DNA from: a virus
Lineage: Duplodnaviria > Heunggongvirae > Uroviricota > Caudoviricetes
Reading direction: 5' to 3' (one strand)
DNA length: 64,000 bases
Virus record (IMG/VR): IMGVR_UViG_2675903433_000022
A program made the translations under genes and the position numbers. Under the pieces are notes generated by a model, which made no database searches, was not told the DNA's origin, and saw nothing but the letters and a program-made list of their open reading frames with translations. Numbering within the stretch: position 1 is the first letter of the stretch; each line of letters opens with the position of its first letter. Below are positions 19,328-29,700 of the stretch, one piece after another.

Positions 19328-19407
19328 TTTCCCGCGATGAATCCGGGACAAGGACCGTCTCAATAGATCTCGGATTCTATTTCAGTCGTGTAGTTGCTCA
19401 CTACGCC

Positions 19408-19677
19408 GTGTCGCCATTAGAGCTACTGAACGTTCCTCTCACGATGTTCTGGATGCTCAGTCGCAATATAGACCGTCTGCGTGCGGAAGAGGATGTCCGC
19501 AACTTACAAGTCGCTCGTGCGTCCCAGGCGGATGGCGAGGCTGTGAAGGCGTTCATGGAGGGTTTGCAACTCAGGATTGGAAGACCAGTCGTAACAGATA
19601 AAGTCTACGATCCAAGCCAGGATAAGGCAGACCCTGACGCCAAAGAGCAACTGATGCAAATATTTGGCAGAGGATGA
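19408..19677 (+). CDS. tail assembly chaperone extension (gpT-like frame)
   Basis: ORF in -1 frame relative to G-like gene and ending at tape measure start; slippery site not identified. Confidence 0.3.
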   Translation: MSPLELLNVPLTMFWMLSRNIDRLRAEEDVRNLQVARASQADGEAVKAFMEGLQLRIGRPVVTDKVYDPSQDKADPDAKEQLMQIFGRG

Positions 19678-22600
19678 CAAGGGAATGTCACAAAACGTAG
19701 AGTTTATCCTGTCGCTGGAAGACAAACAGTTTACAGCGTCAATCGATCGTGCGGGGAAACTGCTTACTCGATTTGGTGAGCAGGTAACAAAGCCTGCTCA
19801 AAAAATCCAAACCTTTGAACGCTCTTTGGGTTCGGTCGCCCGTATCACTGGCGTTCTGGAAAGCAAGCTCGATTCTACGGCAGATAAACTACAGGATGTA
19901 GCTGCCGGTTTTGAGCTTGCTTCAGATGCTACGCGTAAAATGCGTGGCAACATCACCAGCCTCAATTCTGGTCTTAAAGCCCTGATTGAGCGCGTCGATA
20001 CGACAACTTCTTCAGTAGATAAACTCACCGCGTCATTACGTAAAGTGCAATCAGAGCTAAATGATTTCTCTGATTGGGCGACCTATGCAAGCAAAAGCGC
20101 AAGCCGCTTTGGTACGGAGGTCAAAGAAGCCTCTGCGTCCGTGAGTGGCATGAATACGCGCCTTAATACCACGACGAAGCGACTCAGTAATTGGGGTGTC
20201 ACAACGAGTCAGGCTGCCGAGGGACTGAAAAAGGTTCGTGAGCAGATGGACGAAGTTATCGGACGTCAGCAACTGATTAGCAAGCCGGTACGCGTTCGTA
20301 CATCTGGAAGTGGCGATGGTGGTAGCGGGCGGCGTAGCGGCGCTTCTGGCCATAGCGGTAAAAGTAACGAAGGAGGTATGTTCTCTGGCCTTCGTGGCAA
20401 CATTTTCCTGCTTGGCGAGATCGGAGATGCAGCCAGAACGGTTACTGACATCATGTTTGGGTGGCAGAAGCCTATTGTTGAAGCTGCGGCCGAAATGGAA
20501 CGTATGCGGGTGATGCTTCGAGGGTTGAATAAGGAGAAGTCCAACCCGGGCCAGGCTGCCGCTGATGATATGAAGTACATCGTAGACATGGCTCAAAATG
20601 CGCCGTTCGCGATGCAGGCGTTAACAGACTCCTTCGTGAAGTTTCGTTCTGCTGGCTTAGATCCAACCGATGGTTCTCTGAAGGCGCTGGTGGACTCCGT
20701 TGCTCGTTTTGGTGGTGATAGTGAGCTGTTGAAACGTGCGGCTGTGGCCGTTCAGCAGATGTCCGGTAAGGGCGTTGTGTCAATGGAAGAGCTACGTCAG
20801 CAATTAGGTGAAGCCGTTCCTAACGCGATGCAGGCAATGGCAGACGCCGCAGGCATCACTATGGGGGAACTGACTAAAGCCGTTGCCAGCGGTACGGTTG
20901 AGGCAAAACAGGCGTTGTCTCTGATGTTTGTTGGTCTGCGTGCGGAGAATGAGAACGCAGCGAAAGACATGATGCAAACCTACACAGGTGCGCTGGCGCA
21001 ACTTCAGACGTCATTCACGTTATTTGCTGATCGGGTTGGTCAGGCCGGATATCTGGATTCTCTATCGAAGGGGATGAAAGAACTGGCTTCAATCATGAAT
21101 AGCGCCGAAGGGATTTCGTTTGCCAATTCTTTAGGCTCGGGGTTAACGACGGCAATTGATGGGTTGCGTCAGCTTGCTCAATGGTTAGCAAAGAACCAAG
21201 AGCTGGTAATTAATCTCGGTAAGGTCGTGGCCGCGATGGTTGCGTTCAAACTGATGCGAGCAGGGATCATGGGGGTAGTTGGCGCAGGCAGCCAGATGGT
21301 TAGCACCTTTGCCACGATGGCGACCGCCATACAGACTCCATTTAACCTCGGCGCTACAGCAGTAACCCGATTCAATCGTGCGGCACGTATGGGGCTGGCT
21401 CCGATCCCCTCTCTTATTTTCGCCATCCGTGGGGCGATTACTGGGCTTAAAGGCGCTTTTGCTGGATTAACGGCGTTCATTGCAGCAAACCCTATAGGGG
21501 CAGCATTTACAGTTGCCACTGTAGCTGTTGCTGGCCTAATCACGTACATGACCATGCTCCGCAGCGAAACTTCAAAGGTCGTTGACGAGATTAGGAAAAT
21601 ACCAGAGGCGATGACGGCGGCCAAACGTGCACAAATGGCCGACCGCGCAGAAAAGCTCGAAAAGCAGATTCTTGCTGATCAACGAGCATTAAAAACTGGT
21701 GAGGGTGTTAATTACGTATCTAACTCTGCCGGTGTTATTACTCACAAAGAGTCGAAGGCTGACATCGAAGCACGCCTGAAAAAAAATCAGGAAGAGTATC
21801 AAAAGATAACCGGCACGATAGCTCTTGGTGACGGCGCTGTAGCAAAGCGTTTGGCTAAAGAGGCTGCCGAATCTCAGATTGAGAAAATTCGAGCGGAAAA
21901 CCAGATTTTCGCGGCAACATTCGTGAAAGCCCGGCAGGAGGCTCTGGAGAAGATCCAGAAAATCAATGATGACGGTTCACTTTCAGATGACGAAAAGAAC
22001 AAGCTATTGGCACCGTTACGTGAAACGGTAAACAAAAGCTATCTGGAGCCTGCGCAAAAACTGGTTGATTCACTTTCTTCTCGTAAGAATGCGACCGAGA
22101 AGCAAATCGCGACTCTTAATGATCAGCTTGAAAAAGCCAAAAAGGATGGAAATACCGAGCAGATCCAGAAACTGCAAGGCAGTATTCGTGGTTATCAGGA
22201 GCATTTGGAAGCCGTTGCTCAGGAGCTGACTCAGGCAGAGTTCGAGAGAGATAACGCGGCCAAAACTGGTAAGGGCGTAATGTCAAACCAGGGGACTGTT
22301 CTTGGGTTAGGTACAACTGATAAAGCTGCTCAGAAGGCGCTGGCGCAATATATGCGAAACCAGATGGATTCTGCGACTTATCAGCGTACTTTGCCTGACG
22401 GCACTCCGATGATGGACTTCGAAGGTAAGCCGATTATTGGGCCTAAACAACTCAAGACGCAGCTTAATTTGCAGAAAGCATCCAGTGCCAGCTCTCTGGA
22501 GAAAATGAGCGATGAAGAGCGTGCCGCAGCCATTGCTGCACTGACTAAAGCTCGTGAACAGGATGCAGCAGCTGCCGAGAAAGCAGCCCAACGATCAGCT

Positions 22601-24238
22601 AACGCCTCGCAGCGTGCGGCCAAGAAGGAACAGGCAGCGCAACAGAAACTGGCAGCCGGATACCAGAAGGCTCTGGACAAAGCCGATCAGCTTATGGGGC
22701 AAATGGGTGAAAGCTCTAAGGCTACGGTATCGTTTGATCAGTCTCTTCGCGATACAACGAAATCGCTGACAGATTTGGCTAATGCGGTTCCTAACGAGTT
22801 CATCACTCAAGAGATGATCGACAAGGCGAAAAAACGTCTTGAGGACCTCAAAAATGCGACACCTGAATATCGCGAGATGTTTAATCGCCGCAATGTTGAG
22901 CAGATGATCTCCACTTGGGCACCGGAGGCGGATTCCATTATTAGTGCTGGCTATACGCCGTCTCGTGAAGAGAAAGTTGCTGATTTCGAAGACACCTACA
23001 ACCGCAATCTTAAAGCGTTGATAGAACTTCGTGATAAGGCGTCTGATCCTAAAGTCGTGGCGCTTTATACAAAGAAAATCAATCAACTTATTGCTGCTGG
23101 CAATACCGCGCTTATTAAAGAGACGGGGACTGCGACGCAGAAGTTGGCACTGGAATACGAAAACCTGGCAGAGCAGATCGAAAGCACCTGGACTGATTTG
23201 TTTAGTGGCTTAACTGATGTCCTGACTGATTTCGTTATTAACGGGAAGATGAGCTTCTCCAGCCTATCTCAGTCCATTTTGAAAGATATCACCAATATGG
23301 TCGTGAAGTCGCAGATCACGCTGCCTCTAATGAACATGTTGGGGATGGGAACCACCGCAGCTGGTAGTTCACAGAGTGATAATTTGCTGACCGGGGTTGC
23401 TTCCGCCGTTGCCAATCAAGGTGTACGAATGGGTAACACTGTTAACGGCGACAAATCAGTAGGAGAAGCAACGAAGGAGACGTCCAGTTCGGTAACTGGA
23501 TTGGGGCAAACAACACAGCAGACCACCAGCGCAATTGGCACAGCAACAAATGCGATTGGTAGCTGGGTATCAGGGCTATTTGATAGCACTGAAGCCAAAG
23601 ATGCTGAGACAAAAGCAGTGAAGGATTCCATCTTCTCGATGCAGAACCTCAGCTCTGTTACCGGCGCGCTGTCTGCCGCGTTTGCAATGCTTGGAGCTAA
23701 TGCTTCCGGCTCTGGTAATAAGTGGTTGAGTTTTGGAGCAACGGTTGCATCTGGTCTTGTTTCAGCTTGGGCTGGCGGTGGTTTCGACAGCGTGACATCA
23801 AGCTCTGCTAAAACCGCAACCAGCAGTGTGGCTGACGGAACTAAAGGTATTCCTGCAATCCCGAAGTTTGCAAATGGAGGAATATTCGGAAAAGACGGCG
23901 TGATCCCGCTCCGGGCATACCAGAAAGGCGGTATTGCTAACTCACCTCAATTGGCGTTGTTTGGGGAAGGTTCTATGAATGAGGCGTATGTTCCATTGCC
24001 TGATGGTCGAACAATCCCTGTAACGCTCAGTACCGATGGTATGAGTGGAGGAGGAAATGTTCTTTCTCCGGTATCAATTGAGATCAACGTCCATAGTGAC
24101 GGTAGCACAACTGAATCCGGCGATACAGAAAGCATATGGAACAATGCCGCTCAACGGATGAAAGCAATCGCGCTTGAGACTATCGCTCAAGAGAAACGCC
24201 CTGGCGGATCACTCAACCCAAACACTCAACGTAACTAA
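19664..24238 (+). CDS. tail tape measure protein (1524 aa)
   Basis: Long predicted helical protein with Gly/Ala-rich hydrophobic segment and C-terminal lytic-like region; canonical position. Confidence 0.85.
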   Translation: MAEDDKGMSQNVEFILSLEDKQFTASIDRAGKLLTRFGEQVTKPAQKIQTFERSLGSVARITGVLESKLDSTADKLQDVAAGFELASDATRKMRGNITSLNSGLKALIERVDTTTSSVDKLTASLRKVQSELNDFSDWATYASKSASRFGTEVKEASASVSGMNTRLNTTTKRLSNWGVTTSQAAEGLKKVREQMDEVIGRQQLISKPVRVRTSGSGDGGSGRRSGASGHSGKSNEGGMFSGLRGNIFLLGEIGDAARTVTDIMFGWQKPIVEAAAEMERMRVMLRGLNKEKSNPGQAAADDMKYIVDMAQNAPFAMQALTDSFVKFRSAGLDPTDGSLKALVDSVARFGGDSELLKRAAVAVQQMSGKGVVSMEELRQQLGEAVPNAMQAMADAAGITMGELTKAVASGTVEAKQALSLMFVGLRAENENAAKDMMQTYTGALAQLQTSFTLFADRVGQAGYLDSLSKGMKELASIMNSAEGISFANSLGSGLTTAIDGLRQLAQWLAKNQELVINLGKVVAAMVAFKLMRAGIMGVVGAGSQMVSTFATMATAIQTPFNLGATAVTRFNRAARMGLAPIPSLIFAIRGAITGLKGAFAGLTAFIAANPIGAAFTVATVAVAGLITYMTMLRSETSKVVDEIRKIPEAMTAAKRAQMADRAEKLEKQILADQRALKTGEGVNYVSNSAGVITHKESKADIEARLKKNQEEYQKITGTIALGDGAVAKRLAKEAAESQIEKIRAENQIFAATFVKARQEALEKIQKINDDGSLSDDEKNKLLAPLRETVNKSYLEPAQKLVDSLSSRKNATEKQIATLNDQLEKAKKDGNTEQIQKLQGSIRGYQEHLEAVAQELTQAEFERDNAAKTGKGVMSNQGTVLGLGTTDKAAQKALAQYMRNQMDSATYQRTLPDGTPMMDFEGKPIIGPKQLKTQLNLQKASSASSLEKMSDEERAAAIAALTKAREQDAAAAEKAAQRSANASQRAAKKEQAAQQKLAAGYQKALDKADQLMGQMGESSKATVSFDQSLRDTTKSLTDLANAVPNEFITQEMIDKAKKRLEDLKNATPEYREMFNRRNVEQMISTWAPEADSIISAGYTPSREEKVADFEDTYNRNLKALIELRDKASDPKVVALYTKKINQLIAAGNTALIKETGTATQKLALEYENLAEQIESTWTDLFSGLTDVLTDFVINGKMSFSSLSQSILKDITNMVVKSQITLPLMNMLGMGTTAAGSSQSDNLLTGVASAVANQGVRMGNTVNGDKSVGEATKETSSSVTGLGQTTQQTTSAIGTATNAIGSWVSGLFDSTEAKDAETKAVKDSIFSMQNLSSVTGALSAAFAMLGANASGSGNKWLSFGATVASGLVSAWAGGGFDSVTSSSAKTATSSVADGTKGIPAIPKFANGGIFGKDGVIPLRAYQKGGIANSPQLALFGEGSMNEAYVPLPDGRTIPVTLSTDGMSGGGNVLSPVSIEINVHSDGSTTESGDTESIWNNAAQRMKAIALETIAQEKRPGGSLNPNTQRN

Positions 24239-24280
24239 CTATCGACTGCCCCGGTCGGGGCAGTCTCACAAGGATGTGAG

Positions 24281-24616
24281 ATGGAAAGACAAACGTTTAA
24301 TTGGTATCCAGATTACGAATCTGAAAAAAGCGTAAAACCGAATGTAACTGTACTTAATTTTGGTGATGACTACGAGCAGCGACAGGCTCAAGGTCTTAAT
24401 CGTATTAAAGAAGAATGGTCGTTAACCTTTACCAGATCATACAACGAAATTAATGCAATCGATGACTTCCTGACTGAGCGATCAGGCGTTGAATCGTTCT
24501 ATTGGGTTAATCCAAGAGGCAAGCAGATTGTAGTTGTATGTGACAGTCATACGGTCAAGCGATATCAGGGGTACTGTGTCTTAACAGCTACATTCAGACA
24601 AGTATTTGAAGCTTAA
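24281..24616 (+). CDS. minor tail protein (lambda gpM-like)
   Basis: 111 aa, first gene after tape measure. Confidence 0.55.
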   Translation: MERQTFNWYPDYESEKSVKPNVTVLNFGDDYEQRQAQGLNRIKEEWSLTFTRSYNEINAIDDFLTERSGVESFYWVNPRGKQIVVVCDSHTVKRYQGYCVLTATFRQVFEA

Positions 24617-24623
24617 GTATCTG

Positions 24624-24648
24624 GATAAGTAAGTACTAATTTACTATC
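24624..24648. promoter_or_regulatory. palindromic motif site GATAAGTAAGTACTAATTTACTATC
   Basis: Between M-like and L-like genes. Confidence 0.35.
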
Positions 24649-24698
24649 ATTGTGGCGCTGACAGGATGTTAGCGCCTACTTATTTCAAGGATGAAACA

Positions 24699-25397
24699 AT
24701 GGGAATTAAAGCTGATATTCAGAGCTTATCTCCCTCTGCACTCATTGAGTTGTTCGTACTGGATATGTCGAACACAACTTCAGGGGGGAAGCTATTCTTC
24801 CACGCCGGAACAAACGAACTGATGCAACCGGTCGTCTGGCAAGGGGTGACATACGAGCCGTGGCCAATCAAAGCATCAGGCTTTGACAAAACGGGCCAGG
24901 GAACGTTGCCACGTCCAAAAATTCAGGTATCGAACTTTGCCGGAACCGTCTCTGCGGAAGTTCAGGCGAACGACGATCTTGTTGGCTGCCGCATTATTCG
25001 CAAGATGACGCTGGCTCGCTTCCTCGATGCCGTTAATTTTAAAGACGGCAACCCAACAGCAGATCCAAACCAACATTTCCCGGATGAAATGTGGTTTATC
25101 GAACAGAAAACTCTCGAAACTCATCAGGTTGTCGAGTTTGAATTGTCCAGTGTGTTCGATTTGATGGGGGTGCAACTGCCGTATCGTCAGATCATTAAAA
25201 ACACCTGCCCGTGGAAATACCGAGGGCCAGAATGCGGCTATACCGGTCCATATTTCGACAAAAATAACCAGCAGACGTCTATGTCTGGTGCTGATTACTG
25301 CACAAAACGTTATGACGCCTGTAATGCGCGTCGGAATTATTTTGCCAACGGAGTGATCCATTTTGGCGGGTTTATTGGAGCTACGCGATATGGGTAA
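24699..25397 (+). CDS. minor tail protein (lambda gpL-like)
   Basis: C-terminal Cys cluster CPWKYRGPEC ... CTKRYDACNARRN, resembling the gpL Cys cluster; start at MGIKAD after AAGGATG. Confidence 0.65.
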   Translation: MGIKADIQSLSPSALIELFVLDMSNTTSGGKLFFHAGTNELMQPVVWQGVTYEPWPIKASGFDKTGQGTLPRPKIQVSNFAGTVSAEVQANDDLVGCRIIRKMTLARFLDAVNFKDGNPTADPNQHFPDEMWFIEQKTLETHQVVEFELSSVFDLMGVQLPYRQIIKNTCPWKYRGPECGYTGPYFDKNNQQTSMSGADYCTKRYDACNARRNYFANGVIHFGGFIGATRYG

Positions 25398-26187
25398 TAA
25401 AGCAATCCCTGAGCTTGGCTCTGACGTTATGCAGCAAATCTATCTCTGCGCCATAAATCGCTACCCTAATGAAGCGTGTGGCTTTCTGGTTAGAACTAAT
25501 GGCGACAAATATCGCTTTATGGAAGCGCGGAATGTTTCGGAGAACCCGCAGAACACTTTTGTAATGCACGTTGACGACATTATGGCGGCAGAGGATGCGG
25601 GTGATGTTATCGCAATCTGGCATTCACATACTGATGAATCAGCAGAAGCATCTGATGTCGATCGTGCAGGCTGCGAAGCGACGGAAGTTCCGTGGATGAT
25701 TCTGGCTATTCGCAAGAATGTTGAGGGAGATGCCCCTTTCCATTTTAGCGAGATGAATGTGATCACACCTGATGGTTTCGAAATGCCATACCTGGGCAGA
25801 CCGTATGTATTTGGCGTATTCGATTGCTGGATGTTGTGTCGGGATTATTTGAAGCGTGAGTTTAACGTCGAACTAAACCCGAACGCACACCTGCATATTC
25901 CATCGTGGTACACCGGCGATAACGACATTCTCGATCAGAACTACCGTAACGAGGGATTGGTGCGTCTTGCGCCCGGAACAGAGCCTCAACGTGGGGACGT
26001 ATTCTTTATCCAATACGGGAAAATGCCTGACCACTGCGCGGTTTATATCGGCGATGGAATGATTCTTCATCACCAGATCGACCGCCTAAGTTGTCGTGCT
26101 TATTACGGCGGAATGTATCAGAAACATACGACGCATCACTTGCGTCACAGAGACTTGCTCAAGGGAGATGAGACGTGTCTGAGTTAG
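25390..26187 (+). CDS. tail assembly protein (lambda gpK-like, MPN/JAMM plus NlpC/P60)
   Basis: JAMM motif HSHTDESAEASDVD; Cys-containing NlpC/P60-like segment DCWMLCRDY. Confidence 0.75.
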   Translation: MGNKAIPELGSDVMQQIYLCAINRYPNEACGFLVRTNGDKYRFMEARNVSENPQNTFVMHVDDIMAAEDAGDVIAIWHSHTDESAEASDVDRAGCEATEVPWMILAIRKNVEGDAPFHFSEMNVITPDGFEMPYLGRPYVFGVFDCWMLCRDYLKREFNVELNPNAHLHIPSWYTGDNDILDQNYRNEGLVRLAPGTEPQRGDVFFIQYGKMPDHCAVYIGDGMILHHQIDRLSCRAYYGGMYQKHTTHHLRHRDLLKGDETCLS

Positions 26188-26765
26188 TTCATGTGCAGCT
26201 TGGCGGCCCTATGGCCAAACATTTTGGCCGCCACTGGCATCTAAAGGTGCGTAATACAAAACAGGCTCTGGATTTAATTGAGGCCAACAAGCCTGGGTTT
26301 AAAGCATGGATGAAGCGCAATATCAAAACCTATGACAGATACCACATCCAGATCACCAATAAACAGGGCCACAAGTGGTCTGTGGACGAGAGTGAATATC
26401 AGATGATGGGGCAGTCTGACAACATAGCCAAAATCCGCATTACCCCTGTTCCGCGAGGAAGCGGCGGTTCTGCTTTTGGGTGGTTTCAGACGGTTGTTGG
26501 AGCAGTATTAATGGTTGCCTCGATATGGGTGCCCGCTCTTGCGCCTCTCGGTTTGTCACTGATGATGGGCGGTATAGCGCAAATCATATCTCCGCAAGCC
26601 ACTAACGAAAGTGTGAGGCAGGCGGATAACTCGAACTCTTATTACTTTGATGGACCTCAAAACACAACAAACCAGGGGAACCCTGTACAGCTTATCTATG
26701 GCGAGGAAATTTTAGTTGGCTCACAGGTCGTGAGTTCTTCTATCACCATCGACCAGCTTATGTAA
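26175..26765 (+). CDS. tail assembly protein (lambda gpI-like)
   Basis: 196 aa with C-terminal hydrophobic Gly-rich segment; position between K-like and J-like genes. Confidence 0.55.
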   Translation: MSELVHVQLGGPMAKHFGRHWHLKVRNTKQALDLIEANKPGFKAWMKRNIKTYDRYHIQITNKQGHKWSVDESEYQMMGQSDNIAKIRITPVPRGSGGSAFGWFQTVVGAVLMVASIWVPALAPLGLSLMMGGIAQIISPQATNESVRQADNSNSYYFDGPQNTTNQGNPVQLIYGEEILVGSQVVSSSITIDQLM

Positions 26766-26776
26766 TCAAGGATTTT

Positions 26777-29700
26777 TTGGACATGGAACAGTTCAAGAAG
26801 AAAAAATTACCGCTTTTTATTGCCGGTGCTGGTGGCAAGAAAAGTAAAAGCTCCAGCCGTACCCCGGTTGAAGCTGATGATACTGTCAATTCTCGTGCTA
26901 TGGCAGCCATCCTCGACCTTCTTGGCGAGGGGGTTATCGGTGGCCTGGTAAATGGCGCAAAGTCGATCTTCATCGACGATTTACCGATCTTGAATGAAGA
27001 TGGCTCTTCCAACTTCAGCGGTATTACATGGGATTTTCGTGACGGCTCACAAGACCAGACGCCAATGGCTGGTTTTGATTTTGTCGAAACGCCTAAGTCC
27101 GTAAATATTCAGCTTAAAAAAACACACGACGTTACGGTTTCAATCGATAACGATGAAGCTGATCGCGTTCGTGTCATCATGAAATTCCCCTCTTTACGTA
27201 GCGTTGATAAAAGCTCTGGCGATACAAATGGCACTACGGTGAAGTACAAATTCCAGATCGCCAACGGAGACGCAACATTTTCTGATGTAGTGGCAGAAGG
27301 TGAGAAAAGCGTTGATATCACGCTAACGGCAAAGAAAACCGGCGTGTATTACCGTAGCTATGAGCTGAAACTACCTAAGCCTGGTCGTGCATACAAGGTT
27401 AGGGTGATTCGTCTTACAGATGATAACAGTAGCCAGTACCTCTACAACGACACATGGGTTGATTCCATAGGTGAGATTGTCGACACGCCAATGAACTACC
27501 CTAACTCTGCTCTTGTTGGCTTGAAGGTCAATTCAGAGCAGTTTGGTAGCACAATGCCTTCCCGTTCGTATTTGGTGCGCGGTATCAAAATCCGAGTACC
27601 GTCAAACTACAACGAATACACCAATACTTATGTCGGCGTATGGGACGGTACTTTTAAGCTGTTGTCTTCTTCAAACCCTGCGTGGATTCTCTACGATTTG
27701 CTTACCAATACTCGGTATGGTCTTGGGCAATTTGTGTCGGAATCCATGATTGACCTCGGCCAGCTCTACCAGATTGGTCGATATTGTGACGAAGAGGTCG
27801 ATGATGGCTTTGGGGGTAAAGAGAAACGCTTTGCAATCAATACGCAGATCACCAGTCGACAAGACGCATACCGATTAATTCAGGATATTGCCGGTGCATT
27901 CCGCGGCATGGTGTTTTGGGCTGGTGGCATGGTTAACATCATGCAGGATAGCCCATCAGATCCAGTAATGATGTTTACCAACTCCAACGTCAAAGATGGA
28001 CTGTTTACCTATAAAGGTTCTGCGCGTAAAGATCGCCCATCCGTTGCGCTCGTAACCTACAACAACAAGGAGGACGGTTATAAGCAAAACATCGAGTACG
28101 TTGAAGATCAGGACGCAATGCGCCGTTATGGTGAGCGTAAAACAGAAGTCGTAGCATTTGGATGTACAAGCCGAGGCCAGGCTCACCGAGTTGGTTTGTG
28201 GCTTTTGTATACCGCCAGAATGGAGTCGGATGTAATTACATTTACTGCCGGCTTAGACGCCTCATTTCTGATGCCCGGTGAAACCGTTCTGATTCAGAAC
28301 AAATATCGTGCAGGTAAACGTAACTCCGGTCGAATTGTGGAGTTTACCAAAAACAGCATCACTCTCGATGCGCCTGTGTCGTTAGCTAAAAGCGGCAGCT
28401 TTATTCGGATATTGAATCAGGAAGGCAAAATCGTTGAGCGCGATGTTCTTGAAACTGGCGAAAACATAACAAAGGTTACGTTTTCAAAAGCTCTGTCGTC
28501 AGCGGAAACGCCTGTTTTGAACGGTGTCTGGACAATTACAGAACCAGATCTCGAACCTATGCGCGTTCGCATCGTTAACATCGCTCAGGGGGAAACGTCG
28601 GGTAGCTTTGACATCACCGCTGTTGAGAACAATCCGTCTAAATATGAGGCAATCGACAATGGTGCAACGCTTATCCCGCAGAATACGACGGTATTGGACC
28701 CGACTTACTCTAAGCCATCTAATTTGCAAATCACTGAAGGGACTTATCTCTCAAGCCCGGGCAACCTGTCAGTAAAACTGACTGCAACATGGGAAGGAAA
28801 ATCTCCAGAGTATTGGATTAGTTGGCGACGTTCTGATGAAAACAATGTATCGAACTGGCAATCGGCGCGTGTAACCGAAGAGCAATACGAAATCGTTAAT
28901 GTCGCGGAGAATGGACGCTACGACTTCCAACTGTATGCGGTTTCATTCAACGGTAAAAAAACAGAGATTATCAGTACCGTTTATCAGGTGTTGGGCACAA
29001 TGACACCGCCGGATGCCCCAACGTCATTAACGGCCGTTGGAGACTATCGTAATGTGATACTGAATTGGGTTAATCCAGATTCGGTAGACCTTGATCACAT
29101 TAATGTTTACGCATCCCAGACCAACAATCTGGATACAGCGAAACTGATCGCAGAGTCTGCAAGCACCACCTTTACACATGCTGGTCTTGGGGATAGCGAA
29201 ACGTGGTATTACTGGGTTCGAGCATCGAACAAGCGAGGTATGTTAAGCCCTCCGAACTCAAACTTGGGTACAGAGGCGACAACTCGCGATGTACTGTCGT
29301 TCCTGGCTGGCAAAATTACATCTTCCGAGCTTGGTCAGGCTCTGCTTGAGGACATCAACAGCAAAGCCTCTCAAGAAGCAGTTGACGAGTTAAATGAGCA
29401 TATCAACCAGAGCGTCGAATCTTTGGAGGGGTCGGTAAACGACGTTAAGGAAGATATAGCTGAATTAGATAAGCAGTTCAGCGATAACCTCGCGGGTTTT
29501 GAAATAAAATTCAACGAGCGTAGCGATGCTTTGGAGAACGCACAAACCGAGCTTAAAGGTGAGGTTTCGGCAACGATCGACAAGGTCAATGAAGCGTTTG
29601 AAAAAATTGATGCTGCTGATGCTGCAATTGTTGAAATCGAAAACACCGTATCTGAACACGATAAAGCTCTCGCTAATACAGTCGAGGCAATAAAGGCTGC

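Noticed and set aside
20057-23086. Several minus-strand ORFs (20057..20596, 20266..20589, 21178..21624, 22595..23086) inside the tape measure gene
   Set aside because: Fully embedded antisense to a 1524-aa gene with clear coding character; no start context; treated as spurious.
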